A stretch of 62,397 nucleotides of DNA, counting the filler, from Diploschistes diacapsis (lineage: Eukaryota): assembly GCA_023645945.1 (NCBI GenBank). It is 6 parts of 6 records of this genome, joined end to end, with 100 filler letters (N's around TTAATTAATTAA, not from the genome) between each part and the next. Parts side by side here need not be neighbours in the genome. Positions count along the whole stretch, not along the records: positions 6,667 to 13,209 come from JALAIB010001377.1; positions 13,310 to 19,829 come from JALAIB010001378.1; positions 19,930 to 26,440 come from JALAIB010001379.1; 3 more parts are not named here. One strand, given 5' to 3'. A program made the position numbers and the translations under genes. The notes under the pieces are model-generated. The model had not been told where the DNA came from. It ran no database searches and saw only the letters and a list, made by a program, of their open reading frames with translations. This document shows, one piece after another, positions 11,741 through 24,757 of the stretch (positions are counted from its first letter, which is position 1; every line of letters begins with the position of its first letter).

Positions 11741-13209
11741 GCCGTGAGCCCCCGGTTGATGACCTGATGGCTGCAAAGGAGTTGGATGGAGCCATTTTAC
11801 TTGCGCCGTTTTGTTGCAGCGCTTTCCAGGACGGCTTGGTAATTATAGATTGCGTTTAGAAAAAGTAGGAGGCCTACGGTTGTTGTTTAACCCGACCTAG
11901 CATAGCATAGCCTGGCCTTGCGTTTGGCGATTTATAGAGGACTGAGCCGAGGCCAAAAGGAAAAGAGGACACGGCATTTCCAGAGCTACCGCTCTGACGA
12001 AAAAGAAGCAGCGTATTCTACTATCCAATTAGCATCCAATTAGATTAATGCACATCATCGACTTTAGGCTAAAGACTGCAGCAAGCAGCCTCTGTCGTGA
12101 AGTACACGTGTACGGTACTGCTTCCCACAGTATACAATCACACGTTACTACAGTAGTATATACGGGAGATTGCTATGCGCACACACCGACCCAAAACGAT
12201 CTATATTCTAACTACAAAGTATCGTGTCTCGAGAACCCAATCGCCGCTCGCTGGCGCAGCGAACTGCAGAGATAGTGACTACTAGTATAAGTATAGTAAT
12301 TTAAACGAGTTGGCTGCAGGTATGTCTCACTATTACCTGCGGGCTTGTGGCTGGCTATATCCACTGTCTCATGGCACATTCATAGTGGTAGCTCCGGTTG
12401 CAGCTCTCCAAGCTGAGGCTTCATTCATCTGCTAATAACCTAACTCGAAAGATTTAGCACGCAATAAACACTTCTATAGTGATAATTGAGAATATCCAAC
12501 GGAGGTACCTAGGCGTTCTCCTCAATTGCCCTGTGGGCAAATGCCCTTTCTTGTCAGAGTCGTGAATTTGTCATGTGTGTCGCTGCTTCACGTTTTCCGC
12601 AACAGTGCGGGGATAGATGCTCCGCGTCTTGTTGCTCTGGGCAAACTCTGTGATGGATTTTGTATGCACTCGGGCTACAACTGTGCTGGCTGCAGTCACT
12701 GGGACCGGAGTTCCGTTTCGAAGTTGAGGTGACTTTGCGCTTGCAGCTGGAGCTATGGCTGCACTTGCATCGTGAGGGATCTGGTGCTGGAAGGTGTTAC
12801 AGGTATATAAAACTCCTGCAAGTCCATGCATCTTTCCCTACCTATAACAACCACAAGTCCAAGACAGTGGGGAGGAGGACAAGGGAATCATGCGGAGCTT
12901 GATGGGAGGGGGGTCGATGGGAGGCAATGCCGAGTGATAGAACCATAACTGATGTGACTTGATCGCTTCTGTACAGTTTTATCTGTGAGAAATTTCAAAT
13001 GACAGGAGCTTCAGGTGCTCACTATACAATCTCGCTCAGGACTGGCTGATGGCTATGTACATCTCTTCACCCATCTATTGCACAAGCAAAGACAAGTAAA
13101 GGCAGTCTTCCTATCCTTTCCAAGCAACACATCTTCAAACCCTTCCCCCTTACTCCCTAATAATCAAACTCGCCATCCCCATCCCCGTACTCGTGCACAA
13201 ACTCAGCAC

Positions 13210-13309
13210 NNNNNNNNNNNNNNNNNNNNNNNNNNNNNNNNNNNNNNNNNNNNTTAATTAATTAANNNNNNNNNNNNNNNNNNNNNNNNNNNNNNNNNNN
13301 NNNNNNNNN
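13210..13309. other. Artificial contig spacer
   Basis: N44-TTAATTAATTAA-N44. Confidence 0.97.
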
Positions 13310-13699
13310 CGGTAGTAGCGAGGCGAGCGGAAGCGATAACTTAGAAACAGTAGTTAGTGAAGGGTTGGGGGGTCGGAAGGTTGGGAAGTGGTACCGGCTG
13401 GGTGGGAGAGGGATGATGCGAGCGTTGGCGCGGGCGATGGGGTCGAAGGAGGAAATCTGTTCGTGAGTTGGTCCTGGAGTGGAGTATGAGGAGTAATCAG
13501 GGTCGGCTAGTGATTCTGTGTCGATTGAGGATGCTGAAGGCAGAGCCGCTTCGGACGATTGAGAGCTTGGTTCAAGAGTGGTAGTTGTAGACTCATGGCG
13601 ACGCTGACACCGAATGACACTGGTTGAGCGATAGAATCGATGAGACTGGAATACCTGTTGCAGGCTCTGCAGCCGTACTGGCAGCTTTGAGGAAGGCAT
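13310..13699 (-). CDS. MRPL7: Mitochondrial large-subunit ribosomal protein uL5m (54S L7), 5' part, truncated by contig end
   Basis: Arg/Ser-rich presequence; FDPIARA..LPPS|YRFRSPRYYR across an intron at about 13340-13394 matches my recollection of the Pezizomycotina L7 N-terminus. Confidence 0.6.
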
Positions 13700-14270
13700 T
13701 GTCGCAGCTTGGGAACATCTATAGCTTGACTAACCGTTCTCGTGGGAAATCATTGACTTTGGACTTTTCCAGCCCTACAGCCTCGCTAGTGTTGAGATGG
13801 CGGTCGCGCTAAGCCGGATTCTAAGCGATCTAAGCAAGGGCAGCTATTGGCTCGGGCTTCGAGGGTTCCCATAATCTATCTCGCGGTTGCTACAGTGAAC
13901 CGTGCCCATGCCCTTCCCACATATGATTTAACTAAATCGACATGAGTTATTCTGACAGTATCTCCCAGTTTCGAGTTCATCATCGCTCTATTGAGAAAGA
14001 CGGTTTATCAAGGCCACAGTTGAAGGTCATGACCACAACGCGTCATCCTCTCGATTCAGTCCGGCGAACCCGGAGGAAATAAGGCATCAACATAATACGG
14101 AATCTGCGGAAGTCACTTGCATGACGGTCGCACCTGCATCAAGTGAAGTATGAGTGAAATCAGAAGATTATTGAGCCGTAAGGACGGGTTGAAGTGGCCT
14201 AGAGACAAAGTAGTACTCTCTTTTTAATGCCTTAGTTGAACGTCTATCTTTTGACCTTATTGTTTGGAGC

Positions 14271-16823
14271 ATGTTTGGGTCCCTTGGGCGCTCGGTTGCG
14301 CGTAGAAGATATAAGAGGAATCAGTACAAATGCACAGTTTGGCGGCCTGTTTATGTCTCATACTCGTTCTAACCTGCCCCATCTAGAGTCGGTCAGCTGA
14401 GCAACCAAGCCAACTTCTCGGTCTTCTCAATGGCGATGAAGGAAAAGACAGGCCAAAGATACCTGGAAGAGAAATAGAGAAGAAGGTATCAGAGCTCTAG
14501 CTGGGATATTGGATCCAAATTGATTTGCCGGACAGGTCAAGGAGGTCAAAGATCGACTATTGCGATCCGGCATCAGGACGTATGAGGAGTCGGACATCAG
14601 CTTCGTGTTGAAGTCGAGCTACATCAGAGGAGATACAAAGAAGGCTTTTGAAAGTCTCATTCTAATTAATGAGTCTGTCGAGGGGGTAATAAGACCCTAT
14701 AATCCAAGGATCAGCCTACTAGGGGCAGTAAACTGGAATGGCGTCTCATGTTACCTTGATTCGATACTGTTCGCTATGTTTGCGCGTCTAGATAGCTTTG
14801 AAGCTATGCTTTACAAGAGCTTTAACGATCCGAAACAAGATAGGCTGGCTACCCTGATTCGAGTATGGGTGAACACGGTTCGTGCTGGGAAACTGGCCGA
14901 GGCGGACGTTGTATGTTATACTACACTATCCCTGTAAGGCCCTGGTACAGGCGCTCACTGGCTTCTCTACCTAGGTCAAGCAATTACAAGAATCCCTTGC
15001 AAAATGTGGCTGGCCGGAAGCTGCAGACTTCGAGCAGCAGGACGCCTCAGAGGCCTTCTCTTTCATCACCGAAAAGCTCGATCTCCCCATGTTAACTCTC
15101 AAAATGGACTTGTTCCACACAGGAAAAGAGGACGTTAATGACGATCACAGGTTTGTCCGCGAACGATTACTCGAGGTGGCCATTCCAGAGGATCGGCCGG
15201 AGGGATCTACGATTACTCTCGAGGATTGTCTAGAGACATACTTTAACAGCCGAGTCGAAGTGAAACGATATTTAGGGAGAAGAACCACGATGAACTCCTT
15301 CTTCGCCCGGCAGCAATCGTGGGACTCAAACAAACTAGGACCTTTACATATCGAGAGCGTCGAGGTGGCGGAGCCAGGACCATCCGCTCCGGCCACTGGA
15401 GCGCCTCCGGCTCTTCCGGCCTACTCTCCGGTTCGTCCAGGTCCGCAACCTCTACGACAATCGCAAAGGCAGCCTAGCATTATCCAAGAAACTCTTGTCT
15501 GGGACAAGGAAAAGGACGAGAATGCAGCCCTCAAACCAGATACGCAGGTCCAGCAAGGCAATCACCACTCGCGGCAAAGAGCCATGAGTATTCGCAAAGA
15601 GGTTATGATGCCTGCCTGGCAGTTTTTCAGTTTAATTCGTACGTTTACCCAACGTCCAATGCCGACCCAGCTAACCGAGCCTAGCCTGGTACACTGACGT
15701 TTCCCCACAATCCGACGCCCAAGTTGCCGCTCACTTCTCTTCCAAACGTCCCGTTCTCGGCATTTGCCTAAAGCGCTATCTCTTCACTCCTACTGGCGAA
15801 GCCATCAAACGCACTACCCACATTGACATTCCTATCGAGATCGGCCTTCCTCACTTCATTCACGATGACACCATGTCCGACAACGCTGCGGCGTTCGGCA
15901 ACTTCAAGCTCTCCCTCCAGTCCGTAGTCTGCCACCGCGGCGTTTCTGTGTATTCGGGCCACTACGTCAGCCTCGTGCGTGGATCCTGGTCAAATGGCGA
16001 AGACAAGTGGATGCTCTTCGATGACCTTACAAATCCGCGCATCAAGGCCGTGGAGATCGACCGCGCGCTGAAGGAAGAAAGCCCTTATCTGCTATTCTAT
16101 CAGATCCAGCCGATCGAAGGCAAGCCGGGGGATGTCAGTCGGAACGAGCGCCCGCCGTCGTATCTCTCCGAGGCCAAGGACTCGGCGATTGGGGACATGT
16201 CGGCAGCCGTTAGCTTCGCAGACAGACGCAGGTCGAGCGATGTGGACCCGGGCACAACGGGCGGGCGGCCAAGTCTCGAAGAAGCAGATAGTGCACGCCG
16301 GACAGGGAGGACGAGTACCTCGCGTGACCGCGGCGAGAGAAGGTTGAGCATAGCCTTCACAAATACCAGTACGGCCAGCCTAGCGAAGACCGACGACACG
16401 AACAACAGCCTCAGTGTGGGCGCGGGCATTACTAGGAGAGACTCCCGCCGCAGCAGACGCAGCGCACATAGTCGCACCCAAAGCCGCGCGACGAGCCAGA
16501 ACGGAGGCGGGGATATTAGTGGAAGTAAGAGACTCAGCAGCACAATCCAGCGCTTCGCGGGCAAGATATCGCCTTTGACTGCAGGCGTGGGTGGTAAGGC
16601 AAGTGAGTCGGCTATCGTCGACGAGCCGGTGCCTCTGCCACCGCAGCCGGAGCAGTCCGCGTATACGGAGAATAGAGAGTTGTTGGCGGTAGGAATGGGA
16701 CCGGAGATGGCGGATCCGGGGAAAGGGAGGCTGAGGAAGGAGATTAGGGACAAGAGTGTTGGTAGGGAGAAGAGTAAGTTGAAAAAAGAGGAAAGGCCGG
16801 ATAGGGAGTGCGTTATTATGTGA
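14271..16823 (+). CDS. Ubiquitin-specific protease (peptidase C19), multi-exon, start uncertain
   Basis: Cys box NWNGVSCYLDS, QQDASEAF, LGICLKRY, His box HRGVSVYSGHYVS..WMLFDD. C-terminus ends ECVIM. Confidence 0.85.
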
Positions 16824-17748
16824 GGTGCAGTCATGCGCAGGCAGAGCCCTCCGTTGTCGTGTTAGCTGGGTAAAGATGCCGTGCTTTCTGGTTGGGGCTT
16901 GGTGGTCTTGGACATTAGGATTATGCTCTTATGGTATGGATAGAATATTACGCATTTAGATACCAGGTACAGGGACACCGCAATCTCTCACCCTATACAG
17001 ATTTTGGTAGGCTGAAATAATTCCGCAGGGCCATACACTCTGTTTACACTATCCAAGATCAGCACAGGAGTTTTCTTGTAATTCAGACACAGAGCTTCGC
17101 ACGCTATTGGTTTGCGCAGCAGTTCGATCAACTCCAGCGCCTATTTCCAGAATACCATGCGTGGTGGCCTCCCGAAGTGTTAGGAACATCTCAGCTTACT
17201 GAAGCATCTCCAGCACCTCCAGCGGCCATAGCGACTCCACCAGTATGGAGCAGATGTTAAGAGTGACTGAGGCTACTCTCGCATTTAACGCACTAAGTGC
17301 GCCTGGATCTTGATGTAGGAGAGTTTCTCTACCGTGCAATCCTCTTATTCTTAACATGAAGGCGTGACAGGTCTGACATTCAATATTCCAGGCATGGGGC
17401 TAGAACAACTGGGGTATGAGTGGCTTGCTCTATGGTAAATAGAGAATCTCTGTGTCTCCTTCAATCCAGTTTGTGTTCTCTTCTACCAAGTCAAACGTAA
17501 CACGGTGCCACGTGGAAAGTCGAACCGTCGAAGCAATAACGGAGAAGATGCTGCAGGCACCCAGATATGGAAGGCACGATGCTTGAACCAGCGAGATGGT
17601 GATCGACTTTTTTACCCAATGTCAGATTGATTCATCAGGAATACGTGCCAATATATATGTCTCGCACGCCACTCGTTTCACAGCACTCTCCTATCCATTA
17701 CTCTCCCTTACCTTATCAAACCTCTATCATTCCCGAAGGTTGCTCGCA

Positions 17749-18957
17749 ATGGCTGCTTCAACTGCTAGCCACCCTCGCTCGATCCATCCAGAAGCTACTC
17801 AAATTGCCGTTGAGCCTTCTCTCGTTGGGCATGCGGTGAGTCCTCAGCCTCGCAGTTCGTGCTCCTCTAATCTACCTAGAACGGCGATGCAGACTCGGCC
17901 TACGACTCGGAAGTGAACAGCTACACTACCTCTCTCGCGTCAAGCGTCGTCAACTACAAGTATGAGAATGGCCGCCGCTACCACGCTTACAAAGAGGGCA
18001 GCTATCTCTATCCCAACGATGAAAAGGAGAGCGACCGCCTCGACACTGCCCATAAGATGATTGAGGTCGCACTCCATGGCAGACTCTTTACTACCCCTAT
18101 CACCAATCCCAAGCGCGTCCTGGATATCGGTACTGGCACGGGCATTTGGGCCATCGAATTCGGCGACAGGTTCCCTCACGCCGACGTCGTGGGCAACGAT
18201 CTGAGCCCCATTCAGCCGCGGTGGGTCCCACCGAACGTGCACTTCGAAGTGGATGATGTCGAGGCCGAGTGGACCTACTCGCAGAAGTTCGACTTCATTC
18301 ACTGTCGGACGATGAGCGCTTGCATTCGTGATTGGCCGGCGCTTGTGAAGAAGTGCAAGGAATTTACTACGCCAGGCGGATACTGTGAATTTACCGACTA
18401 TGATATCCAGTGGACGTCGCCGGACAATAGTCTGGAGCCTGATGGCTTGCTGCTCACTATCAATCGTCAATTCTTTGAGGGACTAGAGGCTCAGGGCTTA
18501 GAGGGCAACCCGGGGAGACATCTAGAAAAGTGGGTGAAGGAGGCAGGTTTCGAGGATGTGCATGTGCTGAAGCTGCCTCTTCCGTGCGGAACTTGGCCGA
18601 AGGAGAAGCGCCTGGTAAGTTATTTTCTCTTGGACTTGACCGCGTAGTAGTGACGCAGAGGGCTGACCATCTCCTGCGCAGAAAGAAATCGGTGCGTGGA
18701 ACTATCTCCAGACCACCGAAGGCCTCGAAGGTTTTCTGAGTGCGCTCTACACTCGTCAGCTGGGCTATTCGAAGCAAGAAGTCGAGGTCCTCATTGCTAA
18801 GATCATCAAAGAGCTGCGCGATCCCAAGATCCACGGGCTCTACTGGCTGTACGCTATAAAAATCTTACCGTGTGACTTCGATCTGACTGGTATCAGGTAC
18901 AATGTCTACGGGCGCGTTCCCATGGACAAGAGCAAGAGCTCGGAAGAAGTCGAATAG
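17749..18957 (+). CDS. LaeA-like SAM-dependent methyltransferase, 4 exons
   Basis: YENGRRYH..YPNDEKESDRLD, VLDIGTGTGIWA, DLSPIQP.WVPPNVHFEVDD, P.GTWPK. Confidence 0.9.
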
Positions 18958-19545
18958 AACAATAGCGATGTCTGCGTGGCTTGGCTTTTGCTTCTGTGAG
19001 AAGATCTGAGCCTATTGAGCTTCTCGATACGCATGGTGCTGGCTCATTCGCTGGCTTATTTGTGGATTATTCGCCACAGAACGGTTACGTAGATGGGGCT
19101 TTTGTACACGATGTTTGCTCGCTCCATACAACCTAGTAAAAATGCAGTTTACTACCGAGAATTAACGAAAGTTTGGCATCATCGGAATGCTTGATGCCGT
19201 GACATTATCAGTGGGTATCGCTTGCATTAAACTATGGAGCTCTAAATGGCCCCTCGCACCATCCCCATTAAAGAATAAGAATGGTAACAGAATGGTTTCG
19301 TCACGCCTCTTTCACCCCATTAAGCCCGTATTATATCTCTAGCACGGCAGGCTGCAGATACGAGAACAGGCCCTGCGCTCAACAGCGTCTTTTGCGTACC
19401 CGTGTAAAACGACGTGTTGCTTGAAGCACGAGAATCCTGGGACATTTAGCTCCCAGTAGCTGTTCGACGTCAAAAAAAAAACCCCCCCCGGGTCCCCCCC
19501 CCCCCCACTACGATCAGAGCAAATCTGGTCGAAGTCAACCGTGGA

Positions 19546-19573
19546 CGGCAGGCAGGCAGGCAGGCAGGCAGGC
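19546..19573. repeat. (GGCA)n microsatellite
   Basis: Perfect tandem GGCA units. Confidence 0.85.
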
Positions 19574-19829
19574 GATAGCGACACAGGCCCCTCGAGTACT
19601 ACAGGGCGCGGAGCGGAGCTTCGTCGACTTAGAATGATAGGTGGAGCTGGTGGAAGATGGCTGGATACCTCGAATGCCGTTCGTTGCACGGGATCGGGAG
19701 AACTCGGGGGGGACTTCCGGGCTGGAGTGGCCACCGCTTCGTCGTGCGCTCTTGTCCTGCCTTCCTCGATGCTGCACACATCTCGACATCATCTCGTTTT
19801 GCAGGCCCCAGCCCAGCCTTCTTTATAAC

Positions 19830-19929
19830 NNNNNNNNNNNNNNNNNNNNNNNNNNNNNNNNNNNNNNNNNNNNTTAATTAATTAANNNNNNNNNNNNNNN
19901 NNNNNNNNNNNNNNNNNNNNNNNNNNNNN
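19830..19929. other. Artificial contig spacer
   Basis: N44-TTAATTAATTAA-N44. Confidence 0.97.
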
Positions 19930-20421
19930 GTTTACTCCAATACCTCATTTATGATGCCTTTTTTACCCCCCACCCGTATTTGAGCTTCACTTATCCCGCT
20001 TCTCCCATAGCCAAAGGAACAGAAGCCAGCTTGACCTTGAGAGCCTCCCTCAAGGTGCTAAGTAACTACTATTTCTACACCAACTCACCACCTTGGCTCA
20101 ACTTAGCATTCTACACAAAGCCACGTTCACTCCCAAATACCAGACATCTATATTGTCACTCTCTAAAGAGCATACTGCGAGTAGCCTACGTGCTGGAACA
20201 AAGACTTTCTTACTGCCGCTTTGCACTTCGAAAGTTCTGAGACCCCAGTACACCCGAGCCAGCAAGAGAACCCCATTGGGGAGGGACTTGGAACAGTTCC
20301 CCATCCTTTACTACTTCCTGCAGTCTGTGCATCTTTGCTCCAGAGAGCCGTAAGCTACAACTCCAACTTCGAGAGGAGACTCCGCGCTCTGTAGGTCGTC
20401 GGTACACCGGGCTCGGACAAG

Positions 20422-21468
20422 ATGAGTAGCCCAAAGAGAAGGATCGAGACAGATGTAAGCAAAGAAGAGACTGGCCGATGAACATGGAAGAAGGAAAAGT
20501 GAACGCTGACCCCCACTCTCTCTGCGTTACGCAGGTTATGAAGTATGGTTCAAGCACTTCGGTCGTATTGCAAGTGTATACTAACCTGAAAAACAGGATG
20601 TGCGTCCATCTAAGCAAAGGCCTGAAGCAGGTATAAAAGGAACAGCCACTGATGGGCATTATCTAGGTTGATGAGCGACTACGAAGTGACGCTGGTCAAC
20701 GATAACAGTGAGTGGCAGCTTTGGCATCAGAAGGGAGCTCCTTGCTAACGCTGGCACAGTGTAGGCACTTGGCTTTCCGGATAAAAGCTCCAACTGTACG
20801 GTACGAGCAACTAATAACTCCCAGGCAAGAGTTCTACGTCCGCTTCAAAGGTCCAGAAGAGAGTATGTCTTACCGGTTTCCACATTCGAGCCCAGCTTAC
20901 AACTTCAAGCCCCCTTCGCCGGCGGTCTCTGGAAGATCCACGTCGAGCTCCCCGATACATACCCCTACAAGAGCCCTAGCATCGGCTTCGTGAACCGCAT
21001 CTTCCACCCCAATATCGACGAGCTGTAGGTCTACCGCTCCACCACCCCTTATCCACTCGGCCCATTCGAAATCCAGGCTGATGGGTGCCACCAGGTCCGG
21101 CTCCGTCTGCCTCGACGTGATAAATCAAACCTGGTCGCCCATGTTCGACATGATCAACATCTTCGAGGTCTTCCTCCCACAACTCCTGCGCTACCCGAAC
21201 CCCACGGACCCCTTGAACGGAGAAGCGGCTGCGCTGTTGATGAGGGACCAGAAGAGCTATGACGTGAAGGTCAAGGGTGAACTTGATACCCCTAGCATCC
21301 AGCGGTAGGCAGAGAAAGTGCTGATTATAGACAGAATATGTTACCAGGTACGCCAACAAGGACGCCGCAGATGAGGCGGGCGAAGATAGCGAGTCGGACG
21401 ATGAGATGAGCTCCGTGGGAAGCTTCGATTCGGAGGACGACGATCCGGCGGGGATCATGGAAGTTTGA
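20422..21468 (+). CDS. UBC8: E2 ubiquitin-conjugating enzyme Ubc8/UBE2H, 9 exons including microexons
   Basis: Spliced [79 protein letters not shown], acidic tail. Confidence 0.92.
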
Positions 21469-22905
21469 TCTCCATGGACGGATATGATTACGATGAACGC
21501 TTTTATCAGCTTGCACGGTTTTCGGAGTTGTTCCCGACGCACAGCAGGCAGCTTTCCGACTCGGTTTCAATTTGTTTCCATGGTTCTTGCCAGGTATAGC
21601 TTTCTGGGTCTTCTATCTCGACAGCTGATGTGTGTCGTCCGTCGCATCTCCCCTTTACTCTGTCTGCGGCGTGATGTTGAGCTGGAGCGCGGTGCCTATC
21701 TAGAATGGACACGGGCAATAGGCATTTGATATAGGCGGCTTCTCGAAGCCCGATACGGGTAAATTGAATATCATTGATTAAGGAACACTCCTGGAGCTGT
21801 ATGCATCTTGTCCGCATGACCGCTAAACCGGCCGTTCTATTCACTTACCTGAGGCCTCACCTTGGAAATTTCAACAAGGCATTCGTGTACCCCACTGAAC
21901 TCACGTTTGTAAAGAAGAGCTCCCTTCAGAAGCTATTCAAACTTACAGAGGCCCCCTCTAACAACTGCCCGATCTTGCCTTTTCCCATGGCCGCAATCTA
22001 AGCAATTGCTCTATAATGCCTGTGCATTTGTGCCGTAGCTTTCACTTACCTCCAGCCCCCCTGACTTCTTTTGGCATTTGGAGGACTTCCACTTGCCGTG
22101 TGTCTGTTCAGAGGAATATCAGCAGCCAAAATCACCCGATGATGATGATAACCGTTCATTCGGAGCAAGGACCGTTCCAAGCACTAAGCTTGAGCAAAGG
22201 GGTGAATTCGAGAAAGGGCGCTTTTTTCGGAAGCCTGTACATACAGTGTTTTGCCGGTGGTTGTTTGTCAACCTGGGTGTCTGTCTGTCCCCTTTGGCAC
22301 GGGCGTTATGCCAGTTCCTGTTAGCCACTTTGAGTACATTGTAGGTAGGTCTCTTTGTGAATTCTCTGACTGTGGCCGAGATTGCCTGCTGTGGTCTGCG
22401 AGTTAATTCCACGGCTATGTCCCTGGCGATGGAGATGGAAATATGCATGCCAAAGTGCATACTTCTCAGAAGCGCTTTCTGTGTCTTTCTTCACCCGTGT
22501 CCATTCTAAAATCCGATCTGAACATTAATTCAAAGGATCTTGAGCTTCGTTATCCCGAATAGCCTCCCCTATAACCCATTTGAAATAAGAGTAGCGATAA
22601 AATGACCAGCATAAATTCAGCGCACGGTATGAGCTTCAAAAGTAAGTGAAATCTCCTGCTTTTATATTCTCATGTTGGTGTCACCACACTGAGGCGACAT
22701 GGTTTCCCTCCTTGAGCCTACACCTTCTCTAGACTCGGGCCCCATATTGGTGTCGTAAGGTTTCAGAGTCAAGCAGCAGCTGCTAATCTCTTCGTTCTTC
22801 GTAGGCTTGAGCGACTCCGGAGCGTCAAGGACGGGAAGTAGGAATCTCTCTGCTCCGGGCACGTCGGTGCTTGGTGGTGCCGCCATCAGCCAGCAATATA
22901 CCACC

Positions 22906-24156
22906 ATGTCTATCACCGGCGTCAACTCCGAAGGAACCTCAACTCTGGGGGTTCCTCTGCCCACTTCAACCGCCGCGATGACCCCATCGGCCCACCCAGC
23001 AGTCAAGCGTGACGGCCGACTCGTGGTCATCGCGGCGGCCATCTGCTTCATCGTGGCCACCGTGTTCCTTGTCACGCGTCTTCTCGGCCGCCTCATCCTC
23101 CGACGTCAAAATCCCAACGCGAACACTCGATTCGGCGCCGACGACGCGCTCATAATCCTCGGATACCTCTTCTTCGTCTCGTACTGCGTTAGCTTCGTGG
23201 TAACAGTACTCATCTTGGAGCACGGCTATGAAGTCGGTCATGTGACAAACGAAGCGCGGTTCCCGCTCCAGAAGCTCATCTTTACCCTCCAGCTCCTCTT
23301 CGCTCTGTCTTTTGGTTTTACGAAGATGAGCGTCGCCATGATGCTGATCTTTCGCATCTTCAGCCACACCATGTTGAGAATATACAAAAGGTGGGCCATC
23401 GGCATCAGCGTGGTGTGTGGCCTTTGGTTCGTCGGCGCTTTCGTCGAGCCCTTTGTCCTCTGTACCTCAATTTCCGCCTACTTCAATCTTATAGTTACCG
23501 AGTGCGGAAATGTTGAAGAAGCTCTGACAGTCGTCAACGCGCTCGACATCGCCACGGACTTTGCTCTTTTAGCTGAGCCCCTGGTCCAGTTGTACAATTT
23601 GAAAAATATCTCTCGAGCCCGTAGGATTAAGGCGACCATAGTTCTTTCGACGGGGTTTCTCGCCGTGATGGTTGCCATAACCCGGTTCGTCGTCATTGTG
23701 CAGACTAACTACGCCGACCCCCCGGAATCATGGCTTCTCTTCCTCATGTCAATGATCCAGACCACTCTGGGTATTTGTGTCGCTTGCATCCCGAGCAGCA
23801 GACCTTTCTTCGAGGGGCTCCTGGCCTTTATCAAACGCCGATGCTGCACTAAACGTCGTCCTGCCTCTGTCTCTGCCCCTGCCCCTGCTTCGGGCTCTGC
23901 TCCGATGCCTGCTCCTGTTCCAGCCATCGCCCCCACTGTCGCAGCTGCTCCCCACCGCCAACCAAGGCCGACTGCATTCACAACGGGACTAGGCTCTCAA
24001 CCAGGGAGGACTTTAAGCATCAACGATCCGCTCAACGATAGTGACGTCATCGAGCTGCAGAAAATGCTCCGGTCGTCAGCCGTCAACATGGACAACTCAT
24101 CGACTGTAACTCTAGGTAGAGTTGGTCCTGCGGCAGAAGCAAGAGAGACAGTTTAG
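22906..24156 (+). CDS. PTH11-like integral membrane receptor (fungal rhodopsin domain, no CFEM), intronless
   Basis: About 7 hydrophobic segments with FGADD, FTKMSV, DIATDF, ITRF and GICVACIP motifs; Pro/Ala-rich tail. Confidence 0.85.
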   Translation: MSITGVNSEGTSTLGVPLPTSTAAMTPSAHPAVKRDGRLVVIAAAICFIVATVFLVTRLLGRLILRRQNPNANTRFGADDALIILGYLFFVSYCVSFVVTVLILEHGYEVGHVTNEARFPLQKLIFTLQLLFALSFGFTKMSVAMMLIFRIFSHTMLRIYKRWAIGISVVCGLWFVGAFVEPFVLCTSISAYFNLIVTECGNVEEALTVVNALDIATDFALLAEPLVQLYNLKNISRARRIKATIVLSTGFLAVMVAITRFVVIVQTNYADPPESWLLFLMSMIQTTLGICVACIPSSRPFFEGLLAFIKRRCCTKRRPASVSAPAPASGSAPMPAPVPAIAPTVAAAPHRQPRPTAFTTGLGSQPGRTLSINDPLNDSDVIELQKMLRSSAVNMDNSSTVTLGRVGPAAEARETV

Positions 24157-24181
24157 AGAGTAGGTGAGGACGAGAGGGATA

Positions 24182-24253
24182 TGGAGACGGAGACGGAGAT
24201 GGAGACTGGGGAGGTGGTTGTGCTGGTGCTGGTGGTGCTGGTGCTGGTGCTGG
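24182..24253. repeat. (GGAGAC)n and (GGTGCT)n simple repeats downstream of the PTH11-like gene
   Basis: Visible tandem hexamers. Confidence 0.7.
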
Positions 24254-24757
24254 TAATTGTAGGGGGTGGAGAAAGAGCAAGGTAGTGTAGTGTCGGTGAT
24301 TCGAGAAGGCGCCAAGCGGGGGCACGTGGGATGAAGGGAGCATCTGTGTGGAGGAGAAAAACTGGTGATTTTTCTGTTTAGCATTTTTATGGTTACCCCT
24401 CCTCCCCTCACAGCGAATTCGAGATGAACTTTGCTTGCTTCCGTCCTTGCTGGCGTATCGGAAGATAGCTGAAGCCAATGGTTGCCAATGTGCACACCAC
24501 GAATCTGTGAGTAGTGCTGCCGGCTGCAATTGTTGAAGAAGAACCCTTGGATCATGGGCCTGATTCATGGCGACTCGCCCGTGCGCATCCGACTAAAAGA
24601 AGTACGGAAGCAGAGGGACCATGTAACATCGCGGTGTATTCCGTCTGCATTTATATTCTCTTCCCCTGGCTCTTTCCTTCATGTTCTTCATTTGCTGGCT
24701 TTGCGCTTGTATTGATCAAATCGTCTTCGAAACCGCTCACTTGGCCGGAGCGTAGCC

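Noticed and set aside
19471..19508. A/C homopolymer runs as a G-quadruplex or telomeric signal
   Set aside because: No TTAGGG units; simple homopolymers near a contig end with no other support.
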